Assembly: GCF_963506605.1 (NCBI RefSeq)
Contig: NC_083277.1
Location: 117,428,001 to 117,492,000 of the forward strand
Direction: 5' to 3'
Length of the DNA stretch: 64,000 bases
DNA from: Zootoca vivipara
Taxonomy: Eukaryota
Shown here: positions 53,044 through 64,000 of the stretch, in pieces
Layout of the letters: every line of letters begins with the position of its first letter
Numbering within the stretch: position 1 is the first letter of the stretch
Program-made: the position numbers and the translations under genes
Notes under the pieces: model-generated
The model's input: the letters and a program-made list of their open reading frames with translations, nothing else
Told to the model about the DNA's origin: nothing
Database searches by the model: none

Positions 53044-53301
53044 TAGAATCATAGAGTTGGAAGAGACCACAAGGGCCATCCAGTCCAACCCCCTGCCAAG
53101 CAGGAAACACCATCAAAGCATTCTTGACATATGCCTGTCAAACCTCTGCTTAAAGACCTCCAAAGAAGGAGACTCCACCACACTCCTTGGTAGCAAATTC
53201 CACTGCTGAACAGCTCTTACTGTCAGGAAGTTCTTCCTAATGTTTAGGTGGAATCTTGTTTCTTGTAGTTTGAATCCATTGCTCCGTGTCCGCTTCTCTA
53301 C
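53044..53301 (-). mobile_element. CR1 LINE 3' end
   Basis: [32 protein letters not shown]; ATTCTAT tail. Confidence 0.85.
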
Positions 53302-53927
53302 CAACTCAAGAAAGAACTTCCTCTATCTCTATCTCACAAAGTGGTCCCTAACATATGAGACGATTAGTATTTATTTGTATTTGTAGAATACTTATTTCGT
53401 ATTTTACAGACCCGGAAGGCTCTCAAATCAGTTTACAAAAGATCATAATACAAGCTCATTCAGTATTAGTACCTGGAAGAGAAACCACACCAGGCCCATA
53501 GGGTACCAGGATCATCCAGGCAAGATATCCTGCCTTTGTTCTTTGTCTATCCTGGTGCCAGCTCTCTCCTACCTCCTACTAGGCAGCAGAGAGCCCACTG
53601 AGCAGCTCTTCAGACAAAGGAGTGGAACTTTCGCAACTGGAACTTTTGTAGCCCATGAGGAGGGTAAGTTTTTTCCTCCTGGCTGTTAACAGTTTCAAGG
53701 TAGCAGCTCAGCCACCACCACAAAGGTCCTCTGAAACAGGGGGAGCAGTCGAAACTCACACAGCCCACGACAAATACATGTTTTCCTTTCCTGGCAGTCA
53801 ACAGGCAAAATAGTTTTTCCCTCCCTTTTTCCTTTTTTTTTAATGTTATCTTCCATATCTTGGATCAGTCTTGGTTTCTAACTGCCTCAACTGTTCCTCA
53901 TTAGGCTTGGTCTCCAGACACTTTACC

Positions 53928-54017
53928 CATAGCTGCCAAGTTCTCCCTTTTTTTAAGGGAAATTCCCTTATGCTGAATAGGCTTCCTCGCGAGAAAAGGG
54001 GAAACTTGGCAGCTATG
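53928..54017. mobile_element. 90-bp hAT MITE
   Basis: TIR CATAGCTGCCAAGTT, 8-bp TSD ACTTTACC. Confidence 0.85.
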
Positions 54018-55237
54018 ACTTTACCATCCTGGTTGCCTTCCTCTGCTCACCTTCCAGCTGCTCAGTATCCTCCTTCAACCAGGCTGCACTGACCGGCAGC
54101 AGCTCTCCAGGGTTTTGGAATGGGGGGGCATTCCCAGCCTCCCCCCCCCTGAAATGCCGCCCAGGACAGAAGACCTGCATGCAAAGCAGATGGTCCAATC
54201 CTGCACTATGGAGACCCCCAGCCTGCCTTGAAGGATGTGGGGGTGGTCTCCCTTTAGAAAAGGGGCTGCAGGAAGAAGGATGTGAAATGAAGATGCAGCC
54301 TGGCTGCAGGCAGAACAGCAGGTGCCTCCAAGTTCTGAAAGAGGAGCATCACCACTCAGGAGGGGTCAGGTGGGCCCAGGTCCAGGTGGGAGGGTTGCCA
54401 CGGTGACAAGGACCCACCCTCCTTTGTGACATCTCTTGCTTCTTCCTTAAAAGCCACTGACATGCAGGTGGTCATTGTGGGTTAGTAGTGACGCGAGTGG
54501 AGGAGAGAGGAGTTAGTGGCAGTTGGCAGAGATTAGGTGGAGGATTAGTGAATTGTTATTTTCTCATTTTGATTTTGATTTCATTCATTACTTTTATTTG
54601 ATTTATTTTGATTTGATTTTATTCTTTTAATTTTTTTTAACACTTTTATTTTTGGTTTTATTTTAATATTTTTATTTTTGTTATTTATGTTTTATTTTAC
54701 TTTTTTATTTTGTACACATTTGTGCCTATTTTGTATATATTTATTTTGTACATAGAGGAGTAGTTATAGTTTGGCGTAGGGTTAGGGTGGGGGCTAGGGT
54801 TAGGCATAGGGCTGGGGGTGGGGTCAGAGTTAGGCTTGGGTGGGCATTTTAGATAGTTAGCTAGTTTAGAGAGAAGGGTGGGAATTTTTGCTGGAAGAAA
54901 TGTGCAGACTATAAGTAGGATTCCTTCCCTTTCTCTTGGTCTCCTGGGGGTTGGGTGCGAGTCCTGGGGTCCCCTGCCGAGCCTTGACTGACCCAGTCAG
55001 TCTTCTCCAGAGAGCTCAGCTCCTCCACATGCTTCACCTGCCTTCCCCTTTTCTCTCTCCTCTTATTTATTATGACATTCCTAGCCCACTTTCCTCCCAG
55101 GAGCTCAAGGTGGCCTTCATGGTTCTCCCTGCCACCAATTGTTACCTTCACAGCAGCCCTGCAAAGTAGGCTAGGTTGGCCCAAGGTCCACCAGGGAGCT
55201 GCATGGCTGAGTGGGGATTTGAACCTTGCTCTCCCAG

Positions 55238-56259
55238 TGTTATAAAAAAATCTGTCCTTATTCCCTTATGGAGTACATAAGAACAGGCATCCCCAAACTG
55301 TGGCCCACCAGATGTTTTGCCCTACAACTCCCATGATCCCTAGCTAAGAGGACCAGTGGTCAGGGATGGTGGGAATTGTAGTCCAAAACATCTGGAGGGC
55401 CGAAGTTTGAGGATGCCTAAGAGCCTTACAGAGTTCTCCATTGGTAAGAGGAAATGACAGAGGCCAACCAGAGAATATTGAGAAGTAAAGCAGCTAGTAA
55501 GCTTGATCTTTATTGACTGTTGCAACAGGGTCTTCCCTCGTGGCAGGACAAAGGAGAAGAACCCCCAACAAAAGCCTGCCCGCCCTTATATAAACAATTT
55601 AAAATCCCCCCTCCAATCAGAGCCACCTCTAGAAGCGTCACACATACATCATACATACATCAAAGAAGGGGTGTAGCCCAAGACCAACCCCCAGGCACGT
55701 CATCCTATGTCATAGAAAGGGGCGGTCTACAGCAGAAATCCGAGTACCTTGTTATCTCCTGTTTGACAAGTTACCTGTTAATGTTGGATTACCAGGGGGC
55801 CTAGCCAGTCTTTTGAAATGATAAATACTGTACTTAGTTCCTGAGCCAGGACACAGACTCACACCCTATTCATATCTTAAATGTGGCCTTAAGGCAGGAT
55901 CTGTGAGCAGAGAGACAAAGGGGATATTTTTTCATTTCATAGAATCATAGACTTGGAAGAGACCACAAGGGCCATCCATTCCAACCCCCTGCTGAGCAGG
56001 AAACACCATCAAAGCATTCTTGACATATGCCTGTCAAGCCTCTGCTTAAAGACCTCCAAAGAAGGAGACTCCACCACACTCCTTGGTAGCAAATTCCACT
56101 GCCAACAGCTCTTAACTGTCAGGAAGTTCCTCCCTCCTCACAGAGAAATATTTGGTCAGTTTGGGAGCCAAAATGGTTTTCAGGCCTGTCTTCCTGTACT
56201 GTTTGCTTGGTACATTTATGAACATTTATTATATATATGAGCTCAAAATTCTTACAACA
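55238..56259 (-). mobile_element. Solo LTR related to 27924-28579, with nested hAT MITE (55284-55418) and CR1 fragment (55938-56131)
   Basis: TG...CA, 4-bp TSD CCAG; shares TGTTRTAAGAATTTTGAG start, ACCCTGTTGCAACAG and CTCTGGTTGGCCTCTGT blocks; interrupts a SINE. Confidence 0.8.
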
Positions 56260-56999
56260 CCAGGTCCTCCTAGTCCAGCCCTCCAACCACTAACACCTAG
56301 GCCTGGCTCCATTTTGCATCTCTTCAGCTGCCCTACGCCATCGGCCTTCTCCCTTGCCTGGGGGTCTCTCTGGCTCCAAGGAAGACTCCACCCTCATGTT
56401 CTGCTCCTCCTCTGGGACACCTTGATGCTTGGAGGACCCTCCTAGGGGTCTCGTCCCTCTCCAGGAAGGGCAGGGCCCCATGCAAACCTGCAGAGTCCTA
56501 TTACAGCACATCAGTGGCCCATGAAACATGGTTAGTCTATTATTTTAATTATTTTCAGCATTTAAATGGTGCCATTTTTAGTCAAAATAGCTCGCAGCGC
56601 AGCTTAGCCAAAACACAAAACAAGTTCTCTGTCCTGATGATCCCAATCCAAAACGGCAACGACACACGAAGAGAATGGAAGCGGAGGAAGGAGGGGAAAG
56701 CAAGCTCAAACACACGTTCTTAAAAGTCTCGTCCGATTGTCAATTGCGGTTCCCTTCCCCTTTCTGTGTGCCACGCAAAACAAGTGTGGCTATTTTCAGT
56801 ACAGTTTGAGGATCACCGCGCTGGAATATCTTGATTTCTGGTAGTGAATTATTGCAGGGCTTTGCGCTCGTTCCTTCCGTGTTTACTGAAGCTTTTGCTA
56901 AAGGCAGAGCAGGGGGCTCTTCGCGTGGTGGAAAGAAGCAAAACCAGCAGCGAGAGAAGCGCATGGAACCATAGAACAGCGCATGGGGCATCCCCGCGG

Positions 57000-57095
57000 G
57001 GACCCGGAAGCCATTCCTGCTCGGACCGGAAGTCGCCCTCCCTCCGCCTCTCGCTCTCTTTCTGCCTCCATCTTGCGCCCGGCTCGTCCTGTACA
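57000..57095 (+). promoter_or_regulatory. NACA: NACA promoter and non-coding exon 1 (TCT initiator, 5'TOP)
   Basis: Two ETS/GABP CCGGAAG sites (57004, 57026), pyrimidine start CTCTTTCT near 57056-57058, YY1-like CCATCTTG, donor ACA|gtaagt at 57095, CpG island. Confidence 0.8.
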
Positions 57096-58398
57096 GTAAG
57101 TTTTCCCCGTTTGCATCCGCCGCCATCCTCCTCGGCGAGCCCCCTGACAGGGCAGGCGGGAAGCTCCCGAAGCCGGGGCGGCCTGGGGCCGCTCAGGGGC
57201 TCGAGGCGGGGAAAGATGCGCCGTTGGCGGGTGGGTTGAGTCCAGGGCTCCGGAGCCAAGCGTCGGTTCCGCGAATAGGCCGCTCCCCCCCCCCGAGTTG
57301 TAGGGCCTCGGCGGGCCTTCGGGAAAGGCCTTCCGCTCGTAGGGAAACGGTGGCAGGAGGCCCTGAAGGGAAGGAGCACTGGGAGGGAGAGCCGAGGGGG
57401 ACAGAAGACATTTTGGAGGGAGACCCGGCTCTCCACCCGATCCCTGAGCTTGACTCTCCTTCCCTGGGCGCCCTTGTTGGAAACAGAAGGGCGCTCGCCC
57501 CCTTTGGACTCGACCCTTGGAGCTTGGAGGTCGACGCCTGGAGGACCCTGGGCTGCACCTGCCACCTTGCCACCCCCTCCCCACTTGAAAAGGGGTGTCT
57601 CTCTTGGCAGCAGGGTCTGCCCGGAGGGGGAAGCGGGGCAATGGCCTTCCGCTCGGAGGTGGCGCTCTCATAGCGCTCCTCCAGGAAGGGTAGTTGCCGT
57701 TCAGGAGGGTTCCAGGAAGTTTGGCATTGAGTGGGTTGGTGGCTGTGCGTGTTGGGGCACAGGCTTAAGCGCCTAGTGAAATGAAGGGAATTGAGGTTTG
57801 TCCCATCGTTCAGTTAAACTTTTTCTGTTGGGATGGGTATTATGCCTATCAAGGAGGAAGTGCAGGGGCAAGGAAGCTCCTGCATGGGAGTGAATGGAAG
57901 TTCTCACTGTATCCATAGTTTGGGTACATGACGGTTGTAGGGTGGAGTTGTACCAAAGCAAATAGGTACCTTGCTGGATCAGACCAAAGGCCTACCTAAG
58001 CCTGTGCTCTTTTTCCAACAGTAACCAACCAAATGTTTTGGGGGGGATCCTACAGGCCTTTTTTCTGTTTCTCACCATAGTCTGCTATGCTGCCATTGAA
58101 CATGGATGGTTTATTTAGGTATCATGGCTGATAGTAATAATGCCAGTCTTGCTTGCCATACAACTTGGTTAGGTGAGGGTAGAAGTGAATAAAAACTTTT
58201 AAGCCATTGGAAAACATCCAGGGATGAACATTGATTATGGATACTGAAGTTTGGCAGATCTCCTGCAGTTGTATCAATAGTCCTTAAGTAGATATGGTTT
58301 TCTATGCATTTGGTACAGAAATTGGGGTTGGTTAAAGTCAAGTAATTTGGCAAACAAAAGTTTTTGAATGTATATTTTTTGTGTGTGACTACCTAGAA

Positions 58399-58534
58399 CA
58401 GGCACCCCCAAACTTTGGCCCTCCAGATGTTTTGGGCTACAATTCCCATCATCCCTGACCACTGGTCCTCTTAGCTAGGGATCATGGGAGTTGTAGGCCA
58501 AAACATCTGAAGGGCCACAGTTTGGGGATGCGTG
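58399..58534. mobile_element. ~135-bp hAT MITE in NACA intron 1
   Basis: Same family, palindromic body. Confidence 0.78.
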
Positions 58535-58698
58535 ACCTACGGTAGAACAAATTGTACTTGGCAGCAGTGTTCATTCTCTAGGAAGTGATTCAATTTGTTC
58601 ATTTGTAGCTTGCCATGATACTCTGATTGTAGAGAAGCAAGATTTTGGTGAGATACCCTGTAGTGTTTTTCCACTAATTCTGTAGAAAAATTGACTGA

Positions 58699-58794
<96 letters not shown>

Positions 58795-58955
58795 TAGTGC
58801 CTTGGATGACTAATACACTTTCAGAAAGGATCCTGAAACTCGTCCAGTCAGCCAGTTTAACAAAGCAGGTAAAACCATTTGTGAAGGGTAGAACTTGCAA
58901 ATAATTGAGGGCTATTGTGGCAGAGTGGCCAAGAGTCTAGGACTGCAGTCTTGCA

Positions 58956-59180
58956 CATATTATAAGACATGTCTTATATTTATTTTTTCCTCAAAAAAAC
59001 ACACTATGGCTTATTTTCAAGGGATGTCTTATTTTTTTCCTCCTCCTTCTGCCGTGGCCGGCATTGCTGCTACGCCTATCACTATGTCTTATTTTCGGGG
59101 TATGGCTTATATTCCTTGAATGCTTAAAAATCCTGCTATGGCTTATTTTATGGGTATGTCTTAAAATATGAGAAACAGGG
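58956..59180. mobile_element. Short member of the same mariner/pogo-like MITE family
   Basis: Shares both terminal ~100-bp blocks with 2847-4257; right end GAAACAGGG|TA. Confidence 0.7.
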
Positions 59181-60436
59181 TAAGTCCTATTGAACTCAGT
59201 AGGGCTTCGTTTGAGTAGACATGCATAGAAATGCATGGTAAAGGGGTCATGTGTAAGTTGCACTGTAAGAAGCTTGATTCTAGTCTTGCATCTGCCATGA
59301 GCTTTCTAGGTAGCCTTAGAAAAGCCAATATCTCTAAACTTCAGGGCCCCCCCCCCAAAAAAAATCTGCAGTATGGGATAATAATGCTGGCTGCCCTTAC
59401 AATGTTGCTGTAAGGGTTAATGAGACAATGTGTGGAAAATACTTGGAACTTGCCATATAAACGTTATCATGACTTTGAGAAATTGAGATAAATACTTTGA
59501 AATTTTCCTCTTGTGCTCTTACCACGTGTAGTCTCCTCGAAGTTGGATGAGTTGCATGGTCTCTCTCTGGAACATGGCAGTAGCATGCTTGATGTGAATC
59601 ACAAGCTGGATAAACACTGCTATCCCACCACATTTTGAAGGTTTTTAGACTACAAAATGCTAAAACTACTAACAACAGCGTCTGATTTTTGTGTGTATGC
59701 TAACGTTGGGTGATTACTAAATGAAACATTAGAGAAATGAGGATCTTAACCTACGTCAAATTCTAGATACTTGCTTAATGACTTGGGAAGGTTTTCTTCT
59801 TTTTGGCCTTTTGTGCTGGAGTAAACTCTGTGTGTTTTAAAGGATCTGTATATGGTTTGTTTCCCAATCATGCTTCCACGTTAACAAATGGTTTGATGTG
59901 TAAGAATTCTTCAGGAAGAAGGAGGCAGGTGGCTTAGTAAGAACCAAAGGATACAACCCCTTCATATTTTTAAACCTGTGTGAGACAGTTGGGAATTGGG
60001 ATGTTAATGATCATGCATCACTACTTTGTGACACATGTTTCTTTTTGCAAATTGGTGGTGACCACTGTTTAAGGTCGGAGAGGTGGTGACTCTGGTGTGA
60101 CTGAAATGGGGACCTGAAACCTACTAGATGTCAAGTGGATAACTTTCTAATCCACTCACTAACACTGCCTATCTTAAGCACAGAGCAGGGAATCGACGTT
60201 TTGTGACTGCAAGCCAAAAGATTACAACATAATTTGGCATTTACCAAGCATCCTGAACTTGGCAGTAACAGCTGATAGATGTGTTGACTGTGAAAGGGTG
60301 GAGCAGAATTTTCAGCTGATACTGCATTTAAAAATCTAATTGTATTCTGAAGTGTGTGTGTGTGTTTGTGCGTACCTGCATCCTTCTTATTTGGGACATG
60401 CTAACTCTAAACCTTCCCTGTGTATTGTGTCTCCAG

Positions 60437-60451
60437 TTATCTGTCTTGAAG
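60437..60451 (+). CDS. NACA: Candidate 15-nt NACA alternative microexon (VICLE)
   Basis: Branch-like GCTAAC, pyrimidine tract, ctccag| acceptor, AAG|gtatca donor, phase 1-1, two TGCATG downstream. Confidence 0.45.
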
Positions 60452-61596
60452 GTATCATGGATGCTGGTTAGCAGAGAACCAGGTCTCCTTGAATGCTACA
60501 TTTCTGCCTTGCCGCTTAGGGAACACTGCATGACTTTGTGACTGGGTCTCTCCTATACACACACCTACGCATGGGGATGCTGTACACTGCATGACTGGTA
60601 AATGCAATGACTTCTGTCCAAGGGGTGTGAGAGTTTCTCTTAGACAGGGAGGAAACACACAAGTTCGGTTGGATAAACAAATGAAGCTGTATAGAATGGA
60701 GCAGTTTCTCTGAAGCAGACAGAAACTGTCTGCCTGTCCATATTGTGGATGTCGTGGTGTTGAATGGCCTACCAAATCTTAGCAAAGTCTATACTGGTTT
60801 TCAGCTTTGCTTCTGGCCCATTAGAAAGTTATGCCAAGGCACCTGTGTTGCAGAGAAGAGATTGCTGTAAGTGCCAGTGACACATTAGACAGAATTCTAT
60901 GAGGTTATTGGGGCACAGCAAATAAATTTTGCTTTGCTCCAGTCAAGCTTTGCTGCTGGTTCTTGGATGTAAGAAGTGGGAAAGAAGACACACAGCAGTT
61001 TTGCCAGAGCCACCCACACTGAATGTAGAAGCAAGATAGGAGGAGACAGAAGAACTGATACAACTAGTTCCAAATCCAGTGCATCATCCATTCTTCTTCA
61101 TATTTACCACAGTCTGGTGCATGAATATGCCCTTCTGTCCTCAAAGGCACTGGCTAATATTGTGATACAAATGGGAAAAATTTTTAACTGCTTCCTCTGC
61201 TAGTGGTAGCTACATTTTTAAAAAAACTGTACTGACTTCCATCCGTTTTATCCCATTATGAAGTGGTTGCATGCATGACCACTGTGACGCGGTAAACTTG
61301 GCCTAGATTGGCTTTTGATACATCAGCGCTAACATTTAGAAGCTGATGTCAGCTGAGTTACGACTGTTAGTGTGATGACACCAAATCCTCATGATAGCTA
61401 GGAAACAACTTAAATTGTCAGTTTCCTCTCCAGAGTAGATTATCCCTATAATGCTTCATACATTAAGGTTTTTATTAGTCCGGGTGCCATTTGTCTCTGG
61501 GCTGCTGAGGATGCTACTGATTGCTAATCACCTCACGAGGCATGTGCAGACTGTTGGGTTTCCTGAGTGGTATCTGAACAGTTGACACTATTTCAG

Positions 61597-61728
61597 TAAC
61601 TCTACCCCCAGTTCCTGGGGTCCCTATGGAAGTGATGCGGACAGCTGAGGAGTCCAAACCAGTTGCCACCAAGAATCCTGAGGTGGCAGGCAAGGGTTCT
61701 CAGGCTGGGACTGCTCTAGAGTCATCAG
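61597..61728 (+). CDS. NACA: Candidate 132-nt NACA (skNAC-like) cassette exon
   Basis: tttcag|...CAG|gtaggt, phase 1-1, open frame VTLPPVPGVPMEVMRTAEESKPVATKNPEVAGKGSQAGTALESS. Confidence 0.55.
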
Positions 61729-63481
61729 GTAGGTTTCAAGTTAAAACAGCAAGATGGGGTTGAAATTACTTCATTTTAATTTTTAAAATGAATTTTTTGA
61801 TTAAAAAAAACTCTAGAATGAATCAGGGCTCCAGAACTACCAGCTTTGTTTAAGCTGAGATCTTGTTTCCTGGTGGTCAAAGAAATAAGTAAATGTACAT
61901 ACTTGAAACATACATTTCTGCTGATCAAATATACTACTGCAAGAGTTAACAGCTGTTAAGTATGGTATGCAGGTCTTCCTAAGAAGGCATTTCCATGGTT
62001 TGCTTGCGATGTCCCTGGGTGTACTGCTTGTGGTATATAATTTGCAGTAGACCTAGGGAAAATGTCACATCTCAGTGATTCCAAGTTTCAGATGATGATG
62101 ATGATTTATTACTGCTTTTTTGCGAGACGGGGGATGGTGAGCCACCATAAAGGTTAACGCCATCCTTTAGAATGACTACTAGTTTGAATGCCTGCACTTT
62201 GATGGTGCTGCTCTTTTAGGCTAGATCGTGTTTTAGCTAAAATGTCATAGTTTAATTTTAAGAAATTGTTTAGCTTTCTTAGCATGAATCTTATAACTTT
62301 CTGGTTATATGTAGTTCTTTGCCCCTTCCTTGTTTAACTTTTTTTTGGGGGGGGGGGTGAGAGGGAATCCTCATTCCATTATCTTGCTCTCCCATTGTAT
62401 ACCTATTTTCCCAGTCACTTCCCAAGAACTGATGCACAGCAGTGGGTAGCTGTAGACAACTGACCACTTAAAGTTCAGTGACCAACACAAATTATATAGT
62501 AATTCCTTTGCCTTCTTTTCTTCATCTGCTTAGTAGAAACATCACCCAGAATCTACAATTAAGGATTGTTTAGTAACTCATTCGTGAGAGACAGTTATGA
62601 TTATTGAAGCCAGCTCTCTCATTGAACAGAGGCTTCTAGCATTCTTACTGGAAATAAGGAAAATCTTGAAGTAGTGAATTGGTGTTAGTGTAGTCTGAGC
62701 ACTTGCTCAATCTGGCATTTATATCACCTTCCTGCTAAATCTATGCCTTGAATTCTGGTTGTCTCAGTCCTGCTATGAAGCCCATGCATTAGAGTGAATT
62801 CTCACACTAGTAAAAGCCTTTTTTGTACTCATCTGCTAGTCTTAGGTGATGAGTCCAAAAAGAGACCCTTGATCCCCTCAGAATCTTTTATCATGTTGTA
62901 ATATAGCCATTTTGTTTTTTACTGCCCTTATGAAGGTCAATCACAGTGTTAAGGAAGTAGCTCCTAAATTCCTGTTTCTGGAATGCTAAGATCCTTCTGC
63001 TTAAGTTGCATGTGATAGACTTCTTTCTCATGCAGCCATACATTAATATAACATGTGCTGGGCTCCTCTTCCCTGCATGATCTCACTGAGCAGTGTGCTT
63101 CTGGCTTCATTTAAAGCAGTTTATGCTCATCAGATTTGCAGACATTCCTAGTGCAGCTACCTACTCTCAGGCCACACATATACCGGTAGTTAAGATTAGT
63201 TAATCCACCATTTAATGCTTTGATGAAACATCACTGAGTGACTCATTCTTTAAAAAGTTTGGGTGGATGCTAGCAGTGTAAGTTGTAGCTTGCATGTCTC
63301 ATTTAGGTTTGAATAATGCCAGGCCTGAAGTTGAAGGCATCTTACGTAGTTCCGGGATAGACAGCTCCCAGTAGACTTAATTTGTCATTTTGACTAAGCC
63401 AAGAGAATAGAACCTTCTAGATGGTTCTAGCCCCAAGCTTATTGGTTTGTCATTAATAACCTATTGCTCTTGCTCATTTAG

Positions 63482-63562
63482 CTCCTGCCACTCCAAACCC
63501 TTTTGCTGGTGCTTCTGAAGCACCTGCAGCCTGTTTTTCTCAGCTTCCTGTTCAAGCACCAG
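63482..63562 (+). CDS. NACA: Candidate 81-nt NACA (skNAC-like) cassette exon
   Basis: tttag|...CAG|gtattt, phase 1-1, Pro/Ala-rich APATPNPFAGASEAPAACFSQLPVQAP. Confidence 0.55.
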
Positions 63563-64000
63563 GTATTTGCTGTTAGTCCCTATGTATGTCTCCTTAACAA
63601 TATTTTGCTGTGCTGTGTTGATGCAGTTACATTAACCATAGTATTTAGCAACAAAAAAAAGACTTGGTTTAAGGAGACTCCTGAGTTCTATTCTTCGCTC
63701 TTCAGCTGACATAGATCATATACAAGTTACTGTGTAGAATACAAACCTCTAGGTAGGAAATGTTTTATGGACTGATCTGCCATCTAGATTACCAGAGAGA
63801 GGGTTTGATTTTTTTTCTGTGGCTGCTTGCTGTTGACAGGCACACAGAATTGGTATGAAAAGTTATGTGGTACCTTGCATTGCTGTCCCAATATCTGTTT
63901 CAAAGAATACTGGCATTTTGTGGTTCCTGGGATGCCAGTGGCTACACCTTGAAATTACATGTGACTTGTGTGAAGATCTTGCTTTGATCGCCCCTGCTTA

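Noticed and set aside
54779-54810. Interstitial telomere
   Set aside because: Only one or two true TTAGGG units
56740-57776. Several 100-257-aa ORFs around the NACA start
   Set aside because: Stop-poor CpG island; low-complexity Arg/Pro/Gly translations on both strands

Overview
Vertebrate genomic DNA, very likely a squamate and probably a lacertid lizard, inferred from Sauria SINEs, BovB, tRNA-Lys/CR1 SINEs and Penelope elements. The gene order matches my recollection of the human HSD17B6-PRIM1-NACA block. The window holds: (i) two inverted, about 98% identical copies of an HSD17B6/RDH16-like first coding exon (4374-4686 on -, 8043-8355 on +, the latter apparently orphaned); (ii) a complete four-coding-exon HSD17B6/RDH16-like SDR gene (- strand, 16157-20927, 316 aa); (iii) a complete 13-exon PRIM1 (+, 29350-47846, 417 aa) whose intron 7 is a U12-type AT-AC intron; (iv) the 5' end of NACA with a TCT/TOP promoter and three candidate frame-preserving cassette exons (15, 132 and 81 nt) in an intron rich in TGCATG RBFOX motifs, suggesting a modular skNAC-like system. 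Many transposons are present, including Penelope insertions carrying minimal hammerhead ribozymes, a Helitron, two related solo LTRs about 0.8 kb upstream of PRIM1 and NACA, hAT MITEs with internal foldbacks, and a 7SK-derived fragment next to a 170-N gap. All identifications are by eye from remembered family consensus; no searches were run.
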